Shown piece after piece: positions 57,846-64,000 of a stretch of DNA of 64,000 bases. The stretch is taken from positions 3,232,001 through 3,296,000 of the forward strand of contig OZ241869.1 in assembly GCA_965202805.1 (NCBI GenBank). Direction: 5' to 3'. The DNA comes from Longimicrobiales bacterium. Lineage in GTDB: Bacteria; Gemmatimonadota; Gemmatimonadetes; Longimicrobiales; Gaopeijiaceae. Each line of letters opens with the position of its first letter. The first letter of the stretch is position 1. A program made the translations under genes and the position numbers. Under the pieces are notes generated by a model. That model did not search any database. It was not told the DNA's origin and saw only the letters and a program-made list of their open reading frames with translations.

Positions 57846-59123
57846 ATGACACCCGATTCCCCATCGGCATCCGGCTATCGTCCCCGAATCGCCGACCGTG
57901 AACTGACCGAGAGGCTCTCTGCAGCCGGAGCCGTCGTGATCGAAGGGCCGAGGGTCTGCGGCAAGACCACGACGGCCAGGCAGGCGGCGGTGAGCGAAGT
58001 GCTCATGGACGCCGATCCCGCCGTGCGGCAGACGATGGCGGTCGATCCGAGGCTGCTCCTGGAAGGCGCGACTCCGCGACTGATCGATGAGTGGCAGGCC
58101 GAGCCCGACATCTGGAACTACGTGCGGCGCGCCGTCGATGACCGCCCAGGTCTGGGCCACTTCATCCTCACCGGCTCCGCCGTTCCGCCCGACGACATCA
58201 CGCGACATACGGGAGCCGGCCGGATGAGCCGCCTTCGGCTCCGCCCCATGTCGCTGTTCGAACTCGGACGCGCGACGGGGCGGGTTTCCCTGAAGCGAGT
58301 CCTCCACGGAGAGCCCGTGCCGAGCCTGGTTCAGAACCTGCCTCTTCGGGATCTGGCCACGCTGGTTTGCGTCGGTGGCTGGCCCGGGCACTTTCGGCGG
58401 AAGTCCGAAGACCATGCAATGCTGGCCAACCGCGACTACCTGGACGAAATCCGCCGGGTGGACATTCGGCGCGTGGACGGGATCGGCAGGGACCCGGACA
58501 GGGTTGGCCGGTTCCTCCAGGCGCTGGCGCGAAACACGGCTACCTGCGCGTCCCTCGCGACCCTGGCGAGAGACGCGGGCGGTGCGGACCATTCGCTCTC
58601 GGAAGAGACCGCCCGCTCCTACCTTGTTGCCCTCGAACGCCTCATGGTGGTGGAGCACCAGCCACCGTGGGCCCCGCATCTACGGTCTCGATCGCGCCTC
58701 AGGCACGCTCCGAAACGGCACTTCACGGATCCTTCGCTTGCGACCGCGGCGCTGAATGCCCGACCCGGCAACCTCATGAAGGACATCCCGTGGTTCGGAT
58801 TGCTCTTCGAATCAATGGTCGTTCGAGACCTGCGTGCGTACGCTCAGGCGATGGACGCGCGCGTCTACCACTATCGCGACAACACGGGCCTGGAGGTCGA
58901 CGCGATCGTGGATGCCGGTCCCGGCCGATGGGCCGCGTTCGAGGTGAAGCTGGGCCAGGGACGAATCGACGAAGCGGCTGCCGCGCTTCTAACGTTTGCA
59001 GACCGTGTGGACACGGCTCGAAGCGGTCGGCCGGCGGCGCTCGCGATCATCACCGGCAGCGGCTACGGATACCAGCGGCCGGATGGCGTGGGCGTGATTC
59101 CCGTGGGGGCGCTGGGGCCGTGA
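57846..59123 (+). CDS. AAA_14 + DUF4143 ATP-binding protein
   Basis: YRPRIAD...IEGPRVCGKTT, LIDEWQ, ILTGS, HTGAGR, PKRHFTDP, FESMV, YRDNTGLEVD and FEVK motifs. Confidence 0.9.
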   Translation: MTPDSPSASGYRPRIADRELTERLSAAGAVVIEGPRVCGKTTTARQAAVSEVLMDADPAVRQTMAVDPRLLLEGATPRLIDEWQAEPDIWNYVRRAVDDRPGLGHFILTGSAVPPDDITRHTGAGRMSRLRLRPMSLFELGRATGRVSLKRVLHGEPVPSLVQNLPLRDLATLVCVGGWPGHFRRKSEDHAMLANRDYLDEIRRVDIRRVDGIGRDPDRVGRFLQALARNTATCASLATLARDAGGADHSLSEETARSYLVALERLMVVEHQPPWAPHLRSRSRLRHAPKRHFTDPSLATAALNARPGNLMKDIPWFGLLFESMVVRDLRAYAQAMDARVYHYRDNTGLEVDAIVDAGPGRWAAFEVKLGQGRIDEAAAALLTFADRVDTARSGRPAALAIITGSGYGYQRPDGVGVIPVGALGP

Positions 59124-59152
59124 GGAAGAGGTCGGCCCACTACCTGCTGGCG

Positions 59153-61195
59153 CTATCCCCCCACCGGCTCCGGCACCCGCGCCAGCGCGCGCGCCTTCGC
59201 CACCACAGCCTCCGCCGTGATCCCGAACTTCTCGAACAGCACGGCGCCCGGAGCCGACGCCCCGAAATGGTCGATGCCGACCGAGGCGCCCCGGTCGCCG
59301 GTCCAGCGAGGCCAGCTCGCGGTGCTCCCGGCTTCCACCGAAACGCGGGCCGTGACTTCGGGCGGTAGCACCGCGGCCCGGTAACTCCGCAGCTGGCGGG
59401 CGAACAGGAACCAGCTGGGTAGCGAGACCACCCGGGTCGGCACGCCTTCCGCCTGCAGCACCGCCCGCGCCTGCACCGCCACCCCCACCTCCGAGCCGCT
59501 TGCGATGAGGATCACTTCCGGGTCGCCGCCGTCGGCCTCAAGCAGAACGTAGCCGCCCCGGTGCAGCCCGCTTGCGGGTGCGGCCACGTCGCGGTCGATG
59601 GTCGCCACCGCCTGGCGGGTGAGCGCGAGGAAGCTCGGCCCTTCGGTGTAGGCGAGGGCCGCGCGCCACGCCTCGGCCGTCTCGGGCCCGTCGCCGGGGC
59701 GCAGGTCGAGCACGCCCGGGATGGCGCGCAGGGACGCCAGCTGCTCGATGGGCTGGTGGGTGGGGCCGTCCTCACCCACGCCGATGCTGTCGTGGGTGAA
59801 CACGTAGGTGGCGGGCACGCGCATGAGCGCCGCCAGCCGGATCGACGGCCGCATGTAGTCCGAGAAGATCAGGAAGGTGCCCCCGTACGGACGCACGCCC
59901 CCGTGGAGCGCCATCCCGTTCAGGATGCCCCCCATGGCGTGCTCGCGGACGCCGAAGTGGATTGTGCGCCCGCCCGGCGTCCCGGGCAGAAGGTTGTCCT
60001 CCCAGGGCAGGGTCGTCTTGTTGGAGCCGGCCAGGTCGGCCGAGCCGCCCAGCAGGTTGGGGATGCGCCGCCCCAGCCCCTGGAGCACCTGCCCGGAGTA
60101 CACGCGGGTCGCGAGCGGCTTCGGCGGCGCGCTCAGCTCGGGGATGTCCGCGTCCCATCCGGCCGGCAACTCGCCCGCCAGCGCCGTGCGCAACTCCTCG
60201 GCCGCGGCGGGATGCGCCGCCCGGTAGGCCGTCCACCGCGCCCGCCACGCCTCCTCCAGCCCCGCCCCCCGCGCCGCCGTCTCCCGCCAGTGCGCCAGCG
60301 CTTCCGGCTCCACGTGGAAGGGGTCGGCCGACGGGTAGTCCAGGTTGCGCTTGGTCGCGTCCACCTCCTCCACCCCCAGCGGCGCTCCGTGCGACGACGA
60401 CGACCCCGCCTTGCCGGGGCTGCCGTACCCGATGGTGGTGCGCACGATCACCAGCGACGGCCGCTCCACCTCCGCGCGCGCCCCCGCCAGCGCCGCGTCC
60501 AGCGCGGCCAGGTCGGTGCCGTCCTCCACGCGGCGCACGTCCCACCCGTACGCCCGGAAGCGCTGTTCGTGGTCGGTGGAGCACGAGAGGTCCGTCCCGC
60601 CGTCGATGGTGACGTGGTTGTCGTCGAACACCCAGATCAGCTTGCCCAGCCGCTGGTGGCCCGCGAACTCGGCCGCCTCGTGCGAGATGCCCTCCATGAG
60701 ATCGCCGTCCGAGCACAGCGCCCAGGTGTGATGGTCCACCACCGCGTGCCCGGGGCGGTTGAACCGGTGCGCCAGCCAGCGTTCCGCGAGCGCCATCCCC
60801 ACGGAATTGGCGACCCCCTGACCCAGCGGGCCGGTCGTGGTTTCGACTCCCGCCGTGTGCCCGTACTCCGGATGCCCGGGCGTCCGCGATCCCCACTGCC
60901 GGAAGTTCCGGATCTCCTCCAGCGGCAGGTCGTACCCGGTCAGGTGCAGGAGCGAGTAGATGAGCATGGAGGCGTGCCCGGCAGACAGCACGAAGCGGTC
61001 CCGGTTGCTCCACTCCGGGTTCGCCGGGTTGTGGTGCAAATGCCGCGTCCACAGCAGGTAGCCGACGGGTGCCAGCCCCATGGGTGCCCCCGGATGCCCG
61101 GAGTTGGCCTCCTGAACGGCATCCATGGAGAGCACGCGCACGGCGTCGACCGCCAGGCGCGAGAGTGCGGGGTCCGGAAGCGGGGAAGCGGGCAT
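59153..61195 (-). CDS. tkt: Transketolase
   Basis: [42 protein letters not shown] and GEDGPTHQP motifs. Confidence 0.97.
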   Translation of the reverse strand: MPASPLPDPALSRLAVDAVRVLSMDAVQEANSGHPGAPMGLAPVGYLLWTRHLHHNPANPEWSNRDRFVLSAGHASMLIYSLLHLTGYDLPLEEIRNFRQWGSRTPGHPEYGHTAGVETTTGPLGQGVANSVGMALAERWLAHRFNRPGHAVVDHHTWALCSDGDLMEGISHEAAEFAGHQRLGKLIWVFDDNHVTIDGGTDLSCSTDHEQRFRAYGWDVRRVEDGTDLAALDAALAGARAEVERPSLVIVRTTIGYGSPGKAGSSSSHGAPLGVEEVDATKRNLDYPSADPFHVEPEALAHWRETAARGAGLEEAWRARWTAYRAAHPAAAEELRTALAGELPAGWDADIPELSAPPKPLATRVYSGQVLQGLGRRIPNLLGGSADLAGSNKTTLPWEDNLLPGTPGGRTIHFGVREHAMGGILNGMALHGGVRPYGGTFLIFSDYMRPSIRLAALMRVPATYVFTHDSIGVGEDGPTHQPIEQLASLRAIPGVLDLRPGDGPETAEAWRAALAYTEGPSFLALTRQAVATIDRDVAAPASGLHRGGYVLLEADGGDPEVILIASGSEVGVAVQARAVLQAEGVPTRVVSLPSWFLFARQLRSYRAAVLPPEVTARVSVEAGSTASWPRWTGDRGASVGIDHFGASAPGAVLFEKFGITAEAVVAKARALARVPEPVGG

Positions 61196-61233
61196 TTCAG
61201 CCTTTCCTCAGGGTGCGGGAGCGGGCGGGGGAG

Positions 61234-61278
61234 ACGCGAAATACGCAAAATGCGTAAATTGTGTAAAATGCGTAATCG
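61234..61278. repeat. Five tandem degenerate 9-bp AT-rich repeats (RYGYAAAAT) upstream of tkt
   Basis: ACGCGAAAT ACGCAAAAT GCGTAAATT GTGTAAAAT GCGTAATCG. Confidence 0.7.
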
Positions 61279-61359
61279 ACGGATGGCGCCGTGGTGGCGG
61301 GTCGAATCGGCAGACGAGGGTTCGCGCGGCGCGGCCGCGTGTCGGGGAGGAAACCAACC

Positions 61360-63810
61360 TCACGCGACCACGAGGTTGATCAGCCGCCCGGGCACGTAGA
61401 TCACGCGGCGCACGGCTCCGTTCTCGAGGAAGCGCGCGACGTTCTCCTGCTCGCGCGCGAGCGCCACCGCCTCTTCCCGGCTCATCTCCGAAGGACCCTC
61501 GATGGTGCCGCGCACCTTGCCGTTGACCTGCACCGCGAGGGTCACGATGCGCCTCTTCGCCTTTTCCGGGTCGTACTCGGGCCAGCGGGCGCGCCCGAAC
61601 ACGCCGCCCTCGTGCCCGAGGCGTTCCCACAGCTCCTCGGCGATGTGCGGCGCGAACGGCGCCACCAGCAGCACCACGGGCTCGATCTCCGCCCGCGCCG
61701 GCGTCCGGCCTCCCGCGCGCACCGCGTTCAGGTACTCCATCATCCCCGAGATGCAGGTGTTGTACTGGAGATCCGCGATCTGGCGCGTGACCTGTTCGAT
61801 GGTTCGGTGCAGCTGCCCCTCGAGGCGGGAATCCGGCTCCGCGTCGTTGTCCGCGGCGCGCAGCACGGCGTCCCAGAGCCTCCTCAGGAAGCCGAGCGGT
61901 CCCCGGATGCCGTCGTCGCGGTAATCCCCGCCCTCGGTGAAGGGCCCCAGGAACATCAGGTACAGGCGGAAGGTGTCGGCGCCGAACTCCTCGATGACCG
62001 GATCGGGCGTGACCACGTTGCCCTTCGTCTTCGACATCTTGCGCCCGTCCTTGACGATGATGCCGTGGGCTCGGAAGCGGGTGAAGGGCTCCTCGAAGTC
62101 CAGCAGCCCGATGTCGTGCAGCGCCATGGTGATGAAGCGCGCGTACATCAGATGCAGCACCGCGTGCTCGTTGCCGCCGATGTAGCTGTCCACCGGGAGC
62201 CAGCGCCGGGTGATGTCCGGGTCGAAGGCGATGTCGTCGCATCCGACCGAGGGATAGCGCAGGAAGTACCAGGAGCTGTCCAGGAAGGTGTCCGAGACGT
62301 CGGTCTCGCGGCGCGCGGCGCTCCCGCACCCTGGACAGTCCACGCTGTACCACGACTCGACGCGCGCGAGGGGGCTCACGCCGTCGTCGTCGGGCTTGAA
62401 GTCCTCGATGCGGGGCAGGATCACCGGCAGCTCGCTCTCGGGAACCGGGACCGCGCCGCAGGTCGTGCAGTACACGATGGGGATGGGCGGGCCCCAGTAG
62501 CGCTGACGCGAGATGCACCAGTCGCGCAGCTGGTAGTTGACCTGCTTCTCGCCCAGCCCGCGCTCCTCGAGGGCGGCGGTGATGGCGGCCTTGCCCTCCG
62601 CCACGCTGAGCCCGTCGAAGCGCCCCGAGTTGACCATGCGCCCGGCGGCGTTGTCGGTGTACGCCTCCTCGAGCGGGGTGTCGGCGCCGTCCCCGGGCCC
62701 CGCCACCACCCGCACCACGGGCAGCCCGAACTCGTTCGCGAACTCGAAGTCGCGCTCGTCGTGGCCGGGCACCGCCATGATCGCCCCGGTGCCGTACCCC
62801 GCGAGCACGTAGTCCGCGACCCAGACCGGAATCTCCGCGCCGGTGGCGGGATTCACGCAGTACCCTCCGGTGAAGACGCCGGTCTTCTCGCCGGCCGTCT
62901 TCTGGCGGCTGACCACGTCCATGGCCGCCACCCGGTCGACGTAGGCGCGCACCTGGTCGCGATGGGACGGGGCGGTGATGCCGTCCACCAGCGGGTGCTC
63001 GGGAGCCAGCACCATGTAGGTCGCGCCGAAGATCGTGTCCGGGCGGGTCGTGAAGACCTCGATCACGTCGTCCGAGCCGGCCACCGGGAAGACCAGGCGG
63101 GCGCCCTCGCTGCGGCCGATCCAGTTCGCCTGCGCCTTGCGCGTCGACTCCGACCAGTCGATGTGCTCCAGATTGTCGAGCAGGCGCTGCGAGTAGTCGC
63201 TGATGCGGAAGAACCACTGCGCGATCACGCGCTGTTCGACGGTGGCGTCGCAGCGCTCGCACAGGCCGTCCTCGACCTGCTCGTTGGCCAGCACGGTCAT
63301 GCACGAAGGGCACCAGTTGACGGGCGCCTTCTTGCGCTCGGCGAGCCCCGCCTCGAAGAGCTTCAGGAAGATCCACTGGGTCCAGCGGTAGTAGTCGGGG
63401 GAGGTGGTGTCCACTGCGTGATCCCAGTCGAACATCCCCCCGATGCGGCGCAGCTGGCGCGTGAAGTTGGCGACGTTCGCCGGGATCAGATCCATCGGAT
63501 GGGTCCCGTGCTTCAGCGCGAAGTTCTCGGAGTGGATGCCGAAGGCGTCGAAGCCGATGGGCTCGAAGACGTCGTGGCCGCGCAGCCGCTGGAAGCGCCC
63601 GTGGATGTCCGCCCCGGTGAAGGCGTAGATGTTGCCCACGTGCAGCCCCTCCGCGGAGGGGTACGGGAACATCATCAGGTTGAAGTAGGGCGACCGGGAG
63701 GCGCGAAGCTCCTCTGCCGAAAAGGAGTTGGCGCCGCGTTCCTCCCAGATCCGCTGCCACTTCGCTTCGACCTGGGAGGGGGAGTAGCTCGGGTGGGACC
63801 TCTCTTCCAT
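61360..63810 (-). CDS. leuS: Leucine--tRNA ligase
   Basis: MFPYPSAEGLHVGN (HIGH), FTTRPDT and GTGAIMAVPGHD editing domain, DWCISRQRYWG, KMSKT, QVNGKVR. Confidence 0.97.
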   Translation of the reverse strand: MEERSHPSYSPSQVEAKWQRIWEERGANSFSAEELRASRSPYFNLMMFPYPSAEGLHVGNIYAFTGADIHGRFQRLRGHDVFEPIGFDAFGIHSENFALKHGTHPMDLIPANVANFTRQLRRIGGMFDWDHAVDTTSPDYYRWTQWIFLKLFEAGLAERKKAPVNWCPSCMTVLANEQVEDGLCERCDATVEQRVIAQWFFRISDYSQRLLDNLEHIDWSESTRKAQANWIGRSEGARLVFPVAGSDDVIEVFTTRPDTIFGATYMVLAPEHPLVDGITAPSHRDQVRAYVDRVAAMDVVSRQKTAGEKTGVFTGGYCVNPATGAEIPVWVADYVLAGYGTGAIMAVPGHDERDFEFANEFGLPVVRVVAGPGDGADTPLEEAYTDNAAGRMVNSGRFDGLSVAEGKAAITAALEERGLGEKQVNYQLRDWCISRQRYWGPPIPIVYCTTCGAVPVPESELPVILPRIEDFKPDDDGVSPLARVESWYSVDCPGCGSAARRETDVSDTFLDSSWYFLRYPSVGCDDIAFDPDITRRWLPVDSYIGGNEHAVLHLMYARFITMALHDIGLLDFEEPFTRFRAHGIIVKDGRKMSKTKGNVVTPDPVIEEFGADTFRLYLMFLGPFTEGGDYRDDGIRGPLGFLRRLWDAVLRAADNDAEPDSRLEGQLHRTIEQVTRQIADLQYNTCISGMMEYLNAVRAGGRTPARAEIEPVVLLVAPFAPHIAEELWERLGHEGGVFGRARWPEYDPEKAKRRIVTLAVQVNGKVRGTIEGPSEMSREEAVALAREQENVARFLENGAVRRVIYVPGRLINLVVA

Positions 63811-64000
63811 ACCCCTACGTTCGCGCCGGGAACAGCCTCTCGCAACCTCCGCGCCGGCTCGCGGCGCTGCCCTTCCGGGGGACATCATGCCGTGATTGTC
63901 ATGGCCCCCGCGGTCAGGTGTCCGGAGGGTGACCGCGCGCCGCTACCCGCCTCCGCCGCTTCCCGGGGTGGAACCTCGATGTGGTGCTACTCGCGGGGAT

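Overview
A GC-rich bacterial chromosomal window. The Ig/cadherin-repeat lipoproteins, the LVIVD/DUF305 pair, the VPS10-like protein and the many secreted peptidases resemble Gemmatimonadota such as marine or sponge-associated Longimicrobiales; this taxonomic placement is inference only. Core and metabolic genes are a partial lactate permease, cstA, icmF, tkt and leuS. They are interleaved with secreted hydrolases and small accessory cassettes: an MqsRA-like pair, a decayed VapC, a 5'-truncated HicA with intact HicB, an intact HigBA and two AAA_14/DUF4143 ATPases. No rRNA, tRNA, CRISPR array, integrase or transposase was recognised. Best candidate systems: (1) a translationally coupled three-gene cassette (MqsR-like toxin, C-terminally extended MqsA-like antitoxin, KGGVGR ParA-like ATPase with a helical/TPR tail) lying inside a CC-star/ArsA/CstA locus, a possible new tripartite defence module; (2) a divergent six-gene lipid locus (SPT-like synthase, ADC-fold protein lacking the Schiff-base Lys, DAG/ceramide kinase, PlsC, Tam41-like cytidylyltransferase, CDP-alcohol phosphotransferase) that looks like a phosphosphingolipid pathway; (3) three LVIVD lipoprotein paralogs around DUF305 that diverge mostly in one inserted segment; (4) a 4 x 23-bp repeat array whose last unit forms the -35 box of an apparently leaderless AAA-DUF4143 gene. 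All family calls come from motif recognition, not database searches.
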